DNA of 47,224 bases. Origin: Flavobacteriaceae bacterium (GTDB lineage Bacteria > Bacteroidota > Bacteroidia > Flavobacteriales > Flavobacteriaceae). Under the pieces are notes generated by a model. It ran no database searches, was not told the DNA's origin, and saw only the letters and a program-made list of their open reading frames with translations. The stretch covers positions 1 to 47,224 of the forward strand of contig JAURBX010000001.1 of NCBI GenBank assembly GCA_030828745.1, given 5' to 3'. Position numbers and translations under genes: made by a program. The first letter of the stretch is position 1. Each line of letters begins with the position of its first letter. Of the stretch, positions 1-11,068 are shown one piece after another.

Positions 1-412
1 CAAAAGCACCGTGGGTTGAAGTGTGAGAATCTCCACAAACGATTGTAGCTCCAGGTTGGGTAATTCCGTATTCTGGTCCTACCACGTGTACAATACCGTT
101 TTTCTTATGACCCAACCCCCAATAGGAAATACCATGTGCATTGGCATTTTCTTCTAGAGCTTTTAATTGATTTCGTGATAAGGGATCAGCAACGGGAAGG
201 TGTTGGTTTAAGGTAAGAGTATTGTGATCGGCGGTAGCAAACGTACGCTCAGGATACAATACAGGTAATGCTCTGTTTTTTAATCCAAGGAAAGCAACAG
301 GACTTGTTACCTCATGGATCATGTGACGATCAATGAAAAGTACATCAGGGCCCTTGTCGATACTGTGAACAACATGGGAATCCCAAACTTTATCAAATAG
401 GGTTTGTTTCAT
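1..412 (-). CDS. leuC: 3-isopropylmalate dehydratase large subunit, N-terminal part (runs off the window)
   Basis: Reverse translation from ATG (complement of 410-412) gives MKQTLFDKVWDSHVV...IDRHMIHEVTSP...GDSHTSTHGAF, typical LeuC/aconitase-family motifs. It lies 16 nt downstream of leuA on the same strand. Confidence 0.85.
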   Translation of the reverse strand, partial: MKQTLFDKVWDSHVVHSIDKGPDVLFIDRHMIHEVTSPVAFLGLKNRALPVLYPERTFATADHNTLTLNQHLPVADPLSRNQLKALEENANAHGISYWGLGHKKNGIVHVVGPEYGITQPGATIVCGDSHTSTHGAF

Positions 413-428
413 TTAAGTGAAATTCAAA

Positions 429-1577
429 TTAAATATTACTTGCTTTGATGATTTTTGGTAAATCATCATCATTTATTTCTTTCTTTTTATCGGCCTCAAT
501 CAAAAACTGAGTGTAAACTTTATCAAGTGCCAATTTGTCTAATTCATACCCAATATTTTTGGCGCGGTAGGCTAATGCAGCTCTTCCACTCCTTGCGGTA
601 AGTATAATAGACGATTCTGTGACTCCAACCTCTTTAGGGTCTATAATTTCATACGTTTCACGTTTTTTGATCACACCATCTTGGTGAATTCCAGAGGAAT
701 GGGCAAAAGCATTGGCTCCGACAATGGCCTTGTTAGGCTGAACGGGCATGGCCATACTATCTGAGACTAATTGGCTTAGGCCAAATAGCATTTGTGATTT
801 GATCCGTGTGTCTAGATTCAGAGTAGGGTGTTGTCTTAAAATCATGACAACTTCTTCTAAAGAAGTGTTTCCCGCTCGTTCGCCTATTCCGTTGATGGTA
901 CATTCAATCTGACGGGCACCATATTGCACACCTGCAATAGAGTTGGCAGTAGCCAATCCAAGGTCGTTGTGGCAATGACATGAAAGACGTGCTTTGTGAA
1001 TGCCTTTTACATTTTCTTTCAAATACTTCATTTTGGCGCCATACTCCTCAGGTAAACAATAGCCAGTGGTATCGGGAATATTTAAAACGGTTGCTCCAGC
1101 TTTAACAACGGCTTCGCAGACTTGAGCTAAAAATTCATTATCCGTTCGTCCTGCATCTTCTGCATAAAACTCCACATCTTCTACATAGCTTTTGGCATGA
1201 CGAACAGCAGCCACAGCACGCTCTATAATTTGATCCGGAGTTGCATTAAATTTATACCGCATATGACTTTCTGAAGTTCCAATTCCCGTGTGAATACGAG
1301 ATCGTTTAGCATACTTAAGGGCTTCAGCTGCAACGTCAATATCTTTTTTTACTGCCCGGGTTAAACCACACACACGAGCGTTTTTCATTAATTTGGAAAT
1401 ATCTTCCACCGCTTTAAAATCCCCTGGACTTGAAATAGGAAATCCTGCCTCCAAAACATCTACTCCCAGGAAGTCTAATTGCTCAGCAATGATTAACTTT
1501 GTTTTGGAGTCTAGTTTACAGCCTGGGACTTGCTCCCCGTCTCGTAAAGTAGTGTCAAAAATTTCAACATATTCCAT
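429..1577 (-). CDS. leuA: 2-isopropylmalate synthase, short form (382 aa, no C-terminal LeuA regulatory domain)
   Basis: Motifs [16 protein letters not shown] and [10 protein letters not shown]. leuC follows immediately downstream. Confidence 0.85.
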   Translation of the reverse strand: MEYVEIFDTTLRDGEQVPGCKLDSKTKLIIAEQLDFLGVDVLEAGFPISSPGDFKAVEDISKLMKNARVCGLTRAVKKDIDVAAEALKYAKRSRIHTGIGTSESHMRYKFNATPDQIIERAVAAVRHAKSYVEDVEFYAEDAGRTDNEFLAQVCEAVVKAGATVLNIPDTTGYCLPEEYGAKMKYLKENVKGIHKARLSCHCHNDLGLATANSIAGVQYGARQIECTINGIGERAGNTSLEEVVMILRQHPTLNLDTRIKSQMLFGLSQLVSDSMAMPVQPNKAIVGANAFAHSSGIHQDGVIKKRETYEIIDPKEVGVTESSIILTARSGRAALAYRAKNIGYELDKLALDKVYTQFLIEADKKKEINDDDLPKIIKASNI

Positions 1578-1646
1578 AGGGAAAACGAATAAATATCTAA
1601 TTAATGTACTAAATTACATTTTAAGGTATAAGTAAGATAAAATCCC

Positions 1647-1654
1647 TATTTTTG
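1647..1654 (+). promoter_or_regulatory. Candidate Bacteroidota sigma-A -7 box (TATTTTTG, matches TAnnTTTG)
   Basis: Exact TAnnTTTG match 74 nt upstream of the ATG at 1728. No convincing -33 TTTG at the canonical spacing. Confidence 0.3.
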
Positions 1655-1727
1655 TATTACAACATCCTACAAGTGAAACAACAACTTAAAGTACTAACAA
1701 TTAACAGTTTGCATAAAAAAATTTACA

Positions 1728-3308
1728 ATGACAAATGAGCAGAAAGATAATTTATTTGTACTTGTAAAATCACTTACAAAGTCTGAAAAAAGACAATTTA
1801 GATTGTATGTGGGACGGATGGGCTCCAATCAAGACTCTAAATTCCTCAATCTTTTCCAACAATTAGATCGGATGAGTCGCTACGATGAAAAGGTGATTTT
1901 GGCCAAAGGGATTGTTACTAAACAACAATTATCCAATTTAAAAGCACATTTGTACAAGCAGATTTTAATCAGTTTGCGGATGAATCCAGTACATAAAAAC
2001 ATCCGAATCTCGATTCGAGAACAATTGGATTTTGCGACCATACTCTACCAAAAAGGATTGTACAAACAAAGCCTAAAAGTACTGGAAAAGGCAAAGTTAA
2101 TGGCGTTGAAGAATGAAGAAAAGTACAGTGCTTATGATATCGTTGAATTAGAAAAAGTTATTGAATCCCAATACATTACGCGTAGTTTAAGCAATCGAAC
2201 TGAAACCCTTATTTCAGAGTCGAATTTATTGCGAACTCAGAATGATTTAGCCACTCAATTATCTAATTTATCCCTTCAATTGTATGAACGTTTGATCAAA
2301 GCGGGCTATGCCAAAAGCGATCAGGAATTTCGAGAAATCACCCAATTTTTTTATGAGAATTTGCCTAAACTGGATTATGACACTTTGGGTTTCCGAGAAA
2401 AACTGTGGTACTACAAGGCCCATGTCTGGTATAGTTTTTTGACGCATGACTTTTTATCCACTTATCGTTATGCAGCAAAATGGGTGGAGATGTTTGAGGA
2501 AAATCCAAGCATGATTGCAATTCATCCAGTTTTTTATTTAAAAGGGAATAATTATTTGATGGAAAGTTTGGCACTGATCAAGTATCCTTCCAAATTTAAG
2601 GTAACGTTGCAACAAATGATTCAAAGAACATCGCATGAGGATTTTCCCGTTAACGATAACCTTAAGGTACTTGATTTTCTATTCTATTTCAGTAACAAAC
2701 TAAACCTGCATTTTTTAGAGGGAAGTTTTGAAGAAGGGGTCACAGTAATACCAGAAATTAAAAAAGGGATTAAAGAGTTCACGAATCAGATCGATCCGCA
2801 TCATATCATGATGTTTTATTACAAAATTGCCTGTGTTTATTTTGGAGCTGCTGATTATGAAAACTGTATCGTATATCTGGATAAAATCATCAGTAATAAA
2901 CGATTGAAAATGCGAGAAGATTTGCTTTGTTTTTCAAGAGTACTCAACATTTTTGCTCACTATGAAGCCGGTTTTGATTACCATTTAGAAACACATTTAC
3001 GAGAGACCTACAAGTTCTTGATTAAAATGAACGATTTGCATGCAGTGCAAAAAGCCATGATCCGTTTTGTTAAAAATTTAGGCGACATTTATCCTCATGA
3101 AATAAAAACTGCATTTCAGGAACTCTATACTGAGCTAAAACAATATGAAAACGATCCTTATGAACGGAGGTCTTTCTTGTATTTAGATATCCTTTCTTGG
3201 TTGGAAAGTAAAATCAAAAATGTGCCAATTGCTAAGATTATACAGCAAAAAGCAACCCAACTCAATCGGAAAGAACGGCCTTCCATATCCCCATACTCTG
3301 AGGGTTAG
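1728..3308 (+). CDS. Uncharacterised helical-repeat (TPR-like) protein, 526 aa
   Basis: Long ORF with coding-like composition and no catalytic motif I can recognise. Its length and alpha-helical, repeat-like character are the only basis for the call. Confidence 0.6.
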   Translation: MTNEQKDNLFVLVKSLTKSEKRQFRLYVGRMGSNQDSKFLNLFQQLDRMSRYDEKVILAKGIVTKQQLSNLKAHLYKQILISLRMNPVHKNIRISIREQLDFATILYQKGLYKQSLKVLEKAKLMALKNEEKYSAYDIVELEKVIESQYITRSLSNRTETLISESNLLRTQNDLATQLSNLSLQLYERLIKAGYAKSDQEFREITQFFYENLPKLDYDTLGFREKLWYYKAHVWYSFLTHDFLSTYRYAAKWVEMFEENPSMIAIHPVFYLKGNNYLMESLALIKYPSKFKVTLQQMIQRTSHEDFPVNDNLKVLDFLFYFSNKLNLHFLEGSFEEGVTVIPEIKKGIKEFTNQIDPHHIMMFYYKIACVYFGAADYENCIVYLDKIISNKRLKMREDLLCFSRVLNIFAHYEAGFDYHLETHLRETYKFLIKMNDLHAVQKAMIRFVKNLGDIYPHEIKTAFQELYTELKQYENDPYERRSFLYLDILSWLESKIKNVPIAKIIQQKATQLNRKERPSISPYSEG

Positions 3309-3945
3309 CAACAAAGCTTATTGTTTCTTTCGTTGTGGGGTGTTCAATTTGTAGTTTCCTAGCATGAAGACTTATGCTACCGTCTTTATTGCTTCGATTT
3401 GCACCGTATTTTAGATCCCCTTGAATTGGAAATCCTAATGCGCTCAGTTGTGCTCTTATTTGATGATGGCGTCCCGTTTCTAAAGAAACTTCTAACAAAC
3501 AATAATGCTCAAATTCTTGAACTCTTTTGTAGCTCAGTTTAGCAATTTTGCTGTTGGGGACTTCGTTTTTGTGTGCTTTTGATTTATTTTGTTTTTGGTT
3601 TCGAGTCATCCAATGAGTCAATGTGCCTTCTTGATTGGGAAAGGTTTTATCCACCATAGCCCAATAGGTTTTTTTGGGAATTCGCTTTTCAAATTGTGCA
3701 TTGAGACGTGCCAAGGCTTTTGATGTTTTTGTAAAAACAACTACCCCACTGGTTGGTCGGTCAATTCGATGTACAATTCCTAAGTAGACTTCTCCAGGTT
3801 TGTTGTATTTCTCTTTTATGTAAGTTTTTAAGTGATCGGCTAGGGTAGGGTCACCCGTTTTATCACCTTGTACAAGTTCTTTCGCTTCTTTATTGACAAT
3901 GAGCAAGTGATTATCCTCAAAAAGAATACGTTTATGGACCTCCAT
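3262..3945 (-). CDS. RluA-family pseudouridine synthase
   Basis: Catalytic HRIDRPTSG motif and GRHHQIR motif, with no S4 domain. Its 3' end overlaps the convergent ORF 1728-3308 by 47 nt. Confidence 0.8.
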   Translation of the reverse strand: MEVHKRILFEDNHLLIVNKEAKELVQGDKTGDPTLADHLKTYIKEKYNKPGEVYLGIVHRIDRPTSGVVVFTKTSKALARLNAQFEKRIPKKTYWAMVDKTFPNQEGTLTHWMTRNQKQNKSKAHKNEVPNSKIAKLSYKRVQEFEHYCLLEVSLETGRHHQIRAQLSALGFPIQGDLKYGANRSNKDGSISLHARKLQIEHPTTKETISFVANPQSMGIWKAVLSD

Positions 3946-3950
3946 TGACC

Positions 3951-4769
3951 TTAGTATTGTTCTTTGTCGTTAGGAAAATCACCCTTTTTCACGTCAGAAG
4001 TATAAGATTGAACCGCTTGACTGATGCTCGTATTCAGGTCTAAATATCGACGTAAAAAACGAGGACTAAATTCTTTGCTCATTCCAAGCATATCATGGAG
4101 CACTAAAACCTGTCCATCCACTTGATTTCCTGCGCCAATTCCAATGACTGGGATTGATATTTCTTGTGCAACCTTCCCGGCAAGGGCTGCAGGAATTTTT
4201 TCTAAGACGACCCCAAAACAGCCAATTTGTTCTAACATTTGAGCGTCTGTAATAAGTTGTTTGGCCTCTTCTTCTTCTCGGGCACGGACAGTATAGGTGC
4301 CAAATTTGTAAATGGATTGCGGAGTCAAACCTAAATGCCCCATCACAGGGATTCCTGCTTTCAAAATACGTTCTATGGACTCTTTAACTTCTTTACCCCC
4401 TTCAAGTTTTACAGCATGGGCTCCTGATTCTTTCATGATACGAATGGCAGAACGAAGGGCTTCTTTAGAATCGGCTTGATAAGTACCGAAAGGCAAATCA
4501 ACCACAACAAGGGCACGTTCTACTGCTCGAACCACACTACTGGCATGATAAATCATTTGATCTAAAGTAATGGGTAGAGTTGTTTCATGACCCGCCATAA
4601 CATTGGAGGCAGAGTCCCCAACTAAAATGATGTCGATTCCCGCTTGATCCACAATACCCGCAAGGGTATAATCATAGGCAGTAAGCATGGCAATCTTTTC
4701 ACCATTGGCTTTCATTTCCGTAAGACTCTTTGTGGTTATACGCGTGTAGTTTTTTTTCGCTGACGACAT
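3951..4769 (-). CDS. panB: 3-methyl-2-oxobutanoate hydroxymethyltransferase
   Basis: Sequence MLTAYDY...LVGDSASNV...GHLGLTPQS is typical of ketopantoate hydroxymethyltransferase. Confidence 0.9.
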   Translation of the reverse strand: MSSAKKNYTRITTKSLTEMKANGEKIAMLTAYDYTLAGIVDQAGIDIILVGDSASNVMAGHETTLPITLDQMIYHASSVVRAVERALVVVDLPFGTYQADSKEALRSAIRIMKESGAHAVKLEGGKEVKESIERILKAGIPVMGHLGLTPQSIYKFGTYTVRAREEEEAKQLITDAQMLEQIGCFGVVLEKIPAALAGKVAQEISIPVIGIGAGNQVDGQVLVLHDMLGMSKEFSPRFLRRYLDLNTSISQAVQSYTSDVKKGDFPNDKEQY

Positions 4770-4839
4770 GAATACTTTTTTTCAAAAATAGTATTTCTTT
4801 TTTTACCCACTTTGAACTTTTTGAAATAGTCTACTTTCC

Positions 4840-4853
4840 TAAGCTATAGCTTA
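4840..4853. promoter_or_regulatory. Perfect 14 bp palindrome TAAGCTATAGCTTA in the panB/dnaK divergent intergenic region (candidate operator)
   Basis: The sequence is self-complementary, read directly. It sits 76 nt upstream of the dnaK ATG and is followed by the inverted repeat TGTCAAGC (4858-4865) / GCTTGACA (4892-4899). Confidence 0.35.
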
Positions 4854-4928
4854 AAACTGTCAAGCTGTCAGTTATTGTATTGTGGCATAATGCTTGACAT
4901 AACATTATATAAATATTAACAAACTATC

Positions 4929-6836
4929 ATGAGTAAAATTATTGGAATTGATTTAGGAACCACTAACTCTTGTGTTTCCGTAATGGAAGGAAATGAGCCA
5001 GTTGTAATCCCCAATGCAGAGGGAAAACGAACGACTCCATCGGTTATCGCTTTTGTTGAAGGAGGCGAAATCAAAGTAGGTGATCCAGCAAAAAGACAAG
5101 CGGTCACTAACCCTACCAAAACAATCGCTTCGATTAAGCGTTTTATGGGAAATAAATTTTCCGAATCGAATAAAGAAATAAAAAATGTAGCCTATAAAGT
5201 GGTGAAAGGAGATAATGACACTCCCCGAGTTGACATTGATGGCAGATTATATACGCCTCAAGAATTGTCAGCGATGACGCTTCAAAAAATGAAGAAAACA
5301 GCTGAAGATTACTTGGGTCAAGATGTCTCTGAAGCGGTAATAACAGTCCCTGCATACTTTAATGACGCTCAACGTCAAGCAACAAAAGAAGCCGGTGAAA
5401 TCGCTGGTCTTAAAGTACAACGTATTATCAATGAACCTACTGCTGCTGCGTTGGCTTACGGTATGGACAAAGGTGGTTCTGATAAGAAAATCGCAGTTTA
5501 TGACCTTGGAGGAGGTACTTTTGATATTTCCATCCTAGAATTAGGAGATGGAGTATTTGAAGTTCTTTCTACAAATGGAGATACCCACCTAGGTGGAGAT
5601 GATTTTGATCAAGTAATCATTGACTTTTTAGCAGAAAAATTCTTGAAAGATGAGTCTATTGATTTACGTAAAGACCCGATGGCGTTACAGCGTTTGAAAG
5701 AAGCTGCAGAAAAAGCTAAAATTGAATTATCTTCTTCTACACAAACTGAGATCAACTTGCCTTACGTTACAGCAACCGACTCAGGACCTAAACACTTGGT
5801 TACTTCATTAACCCGTGCAAGCTTTGAGCAATTAGCAGATGATTTAGTTAAGCGTTCAATGACTCCTGTTAAAAAGGCTTTAGATGATGCAGGACTTTCT
5901 ACTTCAGAAATTGATGAAATTATATTGGTAGGAGGATCAACACGTATTCCTATCATTCAGGAAGAAGCGGAGAAATTCTTTGGTAAAAAACCATCCAAAG
6001 GAGTCAATCCGGATGAGGTTGTAGCTGTAGGAGCTGCCATTCAAGGAGGAGTATTGACAGGAGATGTTAAGGACGTTCTTTTATTAGATGTTACCCCTCT
6101 TTCATTAGGTATTGAAACTATGGGAGGAGTAATGACAAAATTGATTGAGTCTAACACGACGATCCCAACGAAAAAGTCACAAGTCTTTTCTACAGCGGCA
6201 GACAATCAGCCTTCTGTTGAAATTCATGTATTGCAAGGGGAGCGTTCCATGGCTGGGGATAACAATACGATTGGTCGTTTTCATTTAGACGGACTTCCAC
6301 CCGCACAACGTGGAACCCCTCAAATTGAAGTCACTTTTGATATTGATGCCAACGGAATTATCAAAGTAAGCGCACAAGACAAAGCAACTGGAAAATCGCA
6401 AGACATTCGTATCGAAGCTTCTTCTGGATTAACTGAGGAAGAAATTGAGAAAATGCGAAAGGAAGCAGAAGCCAATGCAGACGCTGATAAAAAAGCGAAA
6501 GAAGAAGTTGATAAATTAAATAGTGCAGATCAAATGATTTTCCAAACGGAAAAGCAGTTGAAGGAATTTGGAGATAAACTCTCTGAAGATAAAAAAGCAC
6601 CGATTGAAGCTGCTTTTGAAGAATTGAAAACAGCACATGCTGCAAAAGATTTAGAGGCAATAGATAAAGCTTTAGAGACCATTAATGAAGCCTGGAAAAA
6701 TGCTTCTGAAGAGATGTATAAAGCCCAAGCCGAGGCCGGAGGGGACACAGCACAACCAGAAGGTGAAGCACCAAGTCCTGATGCAGCTTCTGGCGGAGAT
6801 GACGTCCAAGATGTTGACTTTGAAGAGGTTAAATAA
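4929..6836 (+). CDS. dnaK: Molecular chaperone DnaK (Hsp70)
   Basis: Motifs [12 protein letters not shown] and DLGGGTFD, with full-length Hsp70 architecture. Confidence 0.98.
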   Translation: MSKIIGIDLGTTNSCVSVMEGNEPVVIPNAEGKRTTPSVIAFVEGGEIKVGDPAKRQAVTNPTKTIASIKRFMGNKFSESNKEIKNVAYKVVKGDNDTPRVDIDGRLYTPQELSAMTLQKMKKTAEDYLGQDVSEAVITVPAYFNDAQRQATKEAGEIAGLKVQRIINEPTAAALAYGMDKGGSDKKIAVYDLGGGTFDISILELGDGVFEVLSTNGDTHLGGDDFDQVIIDFLAEKFLKDESIDLRKDPMALQRLKEAAEKAKIELSSSTQTEINLPYVTATDSGPKHLVTSLTRASFEQLADDLVKRSMTPVKKALDDAGLSTSEIDEIILVGGSTRIPIIQEEAEKFFGKKPSKGVNPDEVVAVGAAIQGGVLTGDVKDVLLLDVTPLSLGIETMGGVMTKLIESNTTIPTKKSQVFSTAADNQPSVEIHVLQGERSMAGDNNTIGRFHLDGLPPAQRGTPQIEVTFDIDANGIIKVSAQDKATGKSQDIRIEASSGLTEEEIEKMRKEAEANADADKKAKEEVDKLNSADQMIFQTEKQLKEFGDKLSEDKKAPIEAAFEELKTAHAAKDLEAIDKALETINEAWKNASEEMYKAQAEAGGDTAQPEGEAPSPDAASGGDDVQDVDFEEVK

Positions 6837-6859
6837 GATTAAACTTTAAATGTAAAAAG

Positions 6860-6898
6860 AAACCTTCTGTGAATAGTCACAGAGGGTTTTCTTATTTT
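6860..6898 (+). terminator. Rho-independent terminator of dnaK
   Basis: 13 bp stem AAACCTTCTGTGA / TCACAGAGGGTTT with one G-U pair, loop ATAG, followed by a T-rich tail. Confidence 0.7.
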
Positions 6899-6911
6899 AG
6901 CAAAAAAGGGA

Positions 6912-7328
6912 ATGATGGATAAAAATAAGATTTTGGAAATGAGCAATGCAATCTGCAAAGACACGCTCATGGAAACTTTAGAAATTGATTTTATAGATGT
7001 AGGAGAGGATTTTTTAATTGCAAGGATGCCTGTTACCAAAAAAGTGCATCAACCCGACGGAGTTTTACATGGGGGAGCAACAGCGGCTCTGGCAGAAAGT
7101 GTAGGAAGTGCAGCAGTTTTCATACTCAATAGTGACCCTAATATTAGTGTACGCGGAATAGAAATTACTGCCAATCATGTTAAAAGTGTTTCTTCAGGCT
7201 ATGTATATGCCAATGCAAAAGTGATTCATAAAGGAAGAACGATACAATTGTGGGAAATAAAAGTCACCGATGAGGAGCAACAATTGATATCCTTTTGTAA
7301 ACTAACAACCTATTCACGCCCACAATAA
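6912..7328 (+). CDS. PaaI-type hotdog-fold thioesterase, probable 1,4-dihydroxy-2-naphthoyl-CoA hydrolase
   Basis: 138 aa with a GVLHGGATAALAES motif typical of PaaI/YdiI hotdog thioesterases. It stops 2 nt before menF at the head of the men cluster. Confidence 0.65.
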   Translation: MMDKNKILEMSNAICKDTLMETLEIDFIDVGEDFLIARMPVTKKVHQPDGVLHGGATAALAESVGSAAVFILNSDPNISVRGIEITANHVKSVSSGYVYANAKVIHKGRTIQLWEIKVTDEEQQLISFCKLTTYSRPQ

Positions 7329-7330
7329 AT

Positions 7331-8374
7331 ATGCGATCCACAGCACTTGAAAAGCGACTTGAAGCCTTATGGAAAAACCAGTTGCCCTTTGTTGTATTTC
7401 GATTGCCTGAATCTCAAAAAGTGAGTGTTTTTTTTCAAGATGATAACCGGCTTCATACCACTTCAGACTTTACTGAATCTGGGTTTGTAATGACCCCTTT
7501 TGTAAATTCAGAAGATTGTCCCTTTATACCTGATTCAAAGACAGAGCATTTTACAAAACCGAGCACACAACTTTTTAATACCAAACCAATTGTTTTTCCA
7601 GATAGCGAGCAAAGTAAACAAGAGTTTTTGAAGCTGGTGCAAACAGCAAAAGAAGAAATTGCACAGGGCAAGCTAGAAAAGGTTGTTCTTTCCCGTTTTC
7701 TTGATTTGCATTCAGAAAAAAAACCGCAAAAAATTTTCTTAGCTCTAGAAAATAAGTACACCAATGCTCTGACCTATTTGTGGCACCATCCTCTTGTAGG
7801 TAGTTGGCTTGGTGCAACTCCAGAACAGTTTGTAGAAGTCACGCCATTAAAAACACATACCATGGCATTGGCAGGAACCCAAGTTTACAATCCGAGTAAG
7901 TTGCCCCTATGGTCAAAAAAAGAGAAGGAGGAACAAGGGCTGGTTACACAACAAGTTCTTTTGGATTTGAAAACGGTCTTTAATGAAGATGAAATTGAAT
8001 ACAGCGAACCAACACACAAAAGAGCGGGAAATCTGGTTCATCTTTGTACTCATTTCTCCTTGCCAAAATTAAAAACAAGTTTAAAAAATTTGACTGAGGT
8101 ATTGCACCCAACACCAGCTGTTGGTGGAGTTCCCAAAAAAGAAGCTAAAAACTTCATTCTAAGTAATGAGGGGTATAATCGTTCGTTTTATACAGGTTTT
8201 TTGGGACCAATAACTACCAAAAAAACAAGTCTTTTCGTCAATCTCAGATGTGCAGCGTGGAAACCAGATAGGATTCGATTGTATGTAGGTGCAGGTATCA
8301 CTTCGTCAAGTGACTCAGAGCAAGAGTGGTTGGAAACTCAAAGAAAAGCAGAAACTTTAGCACAAATAGTATAA
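7331..8374 (+). CDS. menF: Isochorismate synthase
   Basis: Chorismate-binding C-terminal motifs (HPTPAVGG, YTGFLGP, GAGITSSSD) in men-cluster context. Confidence 0.85.
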   Translation: MRSTALEKRLEALWKNQLPFVVFRLPESQKVSVFFQDDNRLHTTSDFTESGFVMTPFVNSEDCPFIPDSKTEHFTKPSTQLFNTKPIVFPDSEQSKQEFLKLVQTAKEEIAQGKLEKVVLSRFLDLHSEKKPQKIFLALENKYTNALTYLWHHPLVGSWLGATPEQFVEVTPLKTHTMALAGTQVYNPSKLPLWSKKEKEEQGLVTQQVLLDLKTVFNEDEIEYSEPTHKRAGNLVHLCTHFSLPKLKTSLKNLTEVLHPTPAVGGVPKKEAKNFILSNEGYNRSFYTGFLGPITTKKTSLFVNLRCAAWKPDRIRLYVGAGITSSSDSEQEWLETQRKAETLAQIV

Positions 8375-8444
8375 ACTCGTTTTTGTGTTTTCTGAAGTGC
8401 CTTTGGTTTTGTACTTTTGTTGTAAATGAAGTAGATTTTGCTGA

Positions 8445-10232
8445 ATGAATAAATACCCTTCGATTCCCCTTGCCCAAACCGTTGTTCGCCTCTGCGCACA
8501 CTATAAAATCGAGCGGGTTGTTATTTGTGCAGGCTCTAGAAATGCTCCCCTAACCAATGGATTTGTCTCTAATTCCTTTTTTAAAACCTTCAGTGTTGTG
8601 GATGAAAGAGCGGCTGCTTTTTTTGCTTTGGGTATGGCGCAACAATCAAGTCAACCGGTTGCATTGGTATGTACATCGGGTTCAGCCTTATTAAATTTTT
8701 ACCCCGCAATAGCTGAGGCGTATTATAGTGATATTCCCTTAATTATTTTATCTGCAGACCGTATGCCACACCGAATTGATATAGGTGATGGACAAACCAT
8801 TAGACAAACGGGAGTTTTTGAACCGCATCTTGAGGCTGCTGCGATTTTGAAACCGGATGTAAGTCATGCGACTCAAACTCTGTTGCAAAATCCCATGCAA
8901 AAACTGATTCCTTTCGATGCAGATCAAGCAATGATTAGTACAACGCAGGCTGCTGTTCAAACTCATAATACCCATGAAATTTCTAGAGTTTTAGGTCTTT
9001 CAATAAAGAGAAAGGGGCCTGTTCATTTAAACATTCCATTGGAAGAACCTTTGTACGGAATGACTGAGGAAGTAATCCCTTTTGAAGAACTAGCCCATAA
9101 AGACGCTGAGGTTACACTTATTTCATCAGACTTGGAAGGGATTAAAAAACATTGGAATGAATCCAAAAAAAAATGGGTGATCATGGGCGTTTTACCTCCA
9201 GATTCAATCGAAAGAGAATACATCTCACTGCTATGTAATGATCCTTCAGTTATAGTTTTTACCGAAACTACTTCTAATGTCTGGCATTCAAAAGCCATTC
9301 ATTCCATCGATACTCTGATGGCTTCTTTGGAGTTATCAGATATAAATGATAAAGAAAGCATAGGTCCTGAAATTCTGCTAACTTTTGGCGGAATGGTTAT
9401 TTCAAAAAAGATAAAATCTTTTTTGAGAATTCATGCTCCAAAGCATCATTGGCATGTAAATGAGAAAAAGGCTTACAATACATATTATCGACTGGATCAG
9501 CATTTTATTCAAAGTCCAAACTCTTTTATTAGTAAATTATATAGCAAGGGTGTTGAATTCTTAGAAAATGATTATCACCACTCGGTTTTTTCTTTATTTG
9601 AAAATTTTAAAGCGTATGGAAAATCATATTTAAAAAAACTTCCTTTTTCAGATTTAGATGTATTTCATCGAATAGCAAACCTGCTGCCTAATGGAATGCA
9701 TTTACAAATAGCCAATAGTTCCTCCATTCGGTATGTGCAACTCATGGATTGGCCTGAAACGACCACATTTTTCTGTAATCGAGGTACGAGTGGAATTGAC
9801 GGTAGTACAGCCACGGCTGTAGGTGCAGCACAATTAAGTAATAAACCAACTATTTTAATCACTGGGGATCTCAGTTTTTTTTATGATGTTAATGGATTAT
9901 GGAATGATTACATTCCCATGAATTTTAAAGTAATTTTAATTAACAATCAAGGAGGAGGTATTTTTAGAATTTTACCCGGCGAAAAGGACAGCCCTTCCTA
10001 TGATCGTTATTTTGAAACGATACATAAACGGGAGGCTAAATATGTAGCAAAAACGTTTGGGTTTAAATACCAAAAGGTATCCTCACAATGGCAGTTAAAT
10101 CGAAAATTGTCTCGTTTTTTTAAAGCTAAAGACGGTCCAAGAATATTAGAGATACAAACTCCAAGAAAAGCAAACGATAAGGTTTTATTGGATTATTTTA
10201 AAGCAATGGCATCAAATAGTATATTTACCTAA
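8445..10232 (+). CDS. menD: 2-succinyl-5-enolpyruvyl-6-hydroxy-3-cyclohexene-1-carboxylate synthase
   Basis: ThDP-enzyme architecture (GSRNAPL, GTSGIDG...GDLSFFYD...NNQGGGIF) in men-cluster context. Confidence 0.9.
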   Translation: MNKYPSIPLAQTVVRLCAHYKIERVVICAGSRNAPLTNGFVSNSFFKTFSVVDERAAAFFALGMAQQSSQPVALVCTSGSALLNFYPAIAEAYYSDIPLIILSADRMPHRIDIGDGQTIRQTGVFEPHLEAAAILKPDVSHATQTLLQNPMQKLIPFDADQAMISTTQAAVQTHNTHEISRVLGLSIKRKGPVHLNIPLEEPLYGMTEEVIPFEELAHKDAEVTLISSDLEGIKKHWNESKKKWVIMGVLPPDSIEREYISLLCNDPSVIVFTETTSNVWHSKAIHSIDTLMASLELSDINDKESIGPEILLTFGGMVISKKIKSFLRIHAPKHHWHVNEKKAYNTYYRLDQHFIQSPNSFISKLYSKGVEFLENDYHHSVFSLFENFKAYGKSYLKKLPFSDLDVFHRIANLLPNGMHLQIANSSSIRYVQLMDWPETTTFFCNRGTSGIDGSTATAVGAAQLSNKPTILITGDLSFFYDVNGLWNDYIPMNFKVILINNQGGGIFRILPGEKDSPSYDRYFETIHKREAKYVAKTFGFKYQKVSSQWQLNRKLSRFFKAKDGPRILEIQTPRKANDKVLLDYFKAMASNSIFT

Positions 10233-10239
10233 AAAAGAA

Positions 10240-11061
10240 ATGAACATGAGAACATGGAAATCTTTAGCAACTTACAGCGATATTCTTTTTGAATTTTGTG
10301 ATGGGGTTGCAAAAATTACGATAAATAGACCCGAAGTGTATAATGCTTTTCGTCCAGAGACCAATATTCAAATGCTTGAAGCTATCGAAGTATGTCGAGA
10401 AGATAATGATATTGATGTCGTTGTTTTTACGGGTATTGGAGATAAAGCTTTTTGTAGCGGGGGGGACCAAAACGTCAAAGGAGTAGGCGGCTATGTTGGT
10501 GAAGATGGTGTGCCTCGTTTGAATGTATTGGATCTACATAAACGCATCAGAGAATTGCCTAAACCTGTAATTGCGATGGTAAATGGTTACGCCATTGGTG
10601 GCGGTCATGTTTTACATGTAGTCTGCGATTTAACCATAGCGAGTGACAATGCAATTTTTGGTCAAACGGGTCCTAAGGTTGGAAGTTTTGACGGAGGCTT
10701 TGGATCTTCTTACTTGGCTCGCCATGTAGGACAAAAGAAAGCGCGTGAAATTTGGTTTTTATGTCAGCAGTATTCTGCACAGGAAGCCTTTGAAATGGGC
10801 ATGGTCAATAAAGTCGTTCCGCTAGATCAATTAGAAGATACCGTAATGGAATGGTGTGGCATTATGCAACAAAGAAGTCCTTTGGCATTGCGAATGATCA
10901 AACGATCACTAAACGCAGAATTAGATGGACAACACGGACTAATGCAGTTAGCAGGAGATGCTACCTTAATGTATTATTTGATGGAGGAAGCGCAAGAAGG
11001 AAAAAAAGCCTTTTTAGAAAAGCGGGCACCTAATTTCAAAAAATATCCCAAATTCCCATAA
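10240..11061 (+). CDS. menB: 1,4-dihydroxy-2-naphthoyl-CoA synthase
   Basis: Crotonase fold with FCSGGDQ and [15 protein letters not shown] motifs, 273 aa. Confidence 0.92.
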   Translation: MNMRTWKSLATYSDILFEFCDGVAKITINRPEVYNAFRPETNIQMLEAIEVCREDNDIDVVVFTGIGDKAFCSGGDQNVKGVGGYVGEDGVPRLNVLDLHKRIRELPKPVIAMVNGYAIGGGHVLHVVCDLTIASDNAIFGQTGPKVGSFDGGFGSSYLARHVGQKKAREIWFLCQQYSAQEAFEMGMVNKVVPLDQLEDTVMEWCGIMQQRSPLALRMIKRSLNAELDGQHGLMQLAGDATLMYYLMEEAQEGKKAFLEKRAPNFKKYPKFP

Positions 11062-11068
11062 TTAAATT

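Noticed and set aside
4894-4899. TTGACA hexamer suggesting an E. coli-type sigma-70 promoter for dnaK
   Set aside because: There is no acceptable TATAAT-like -10 at 16-18 nt spacing, and Bacteroidota primary sigma factors use a different consensus. I kept it only as the right arm of the inverted repeat.
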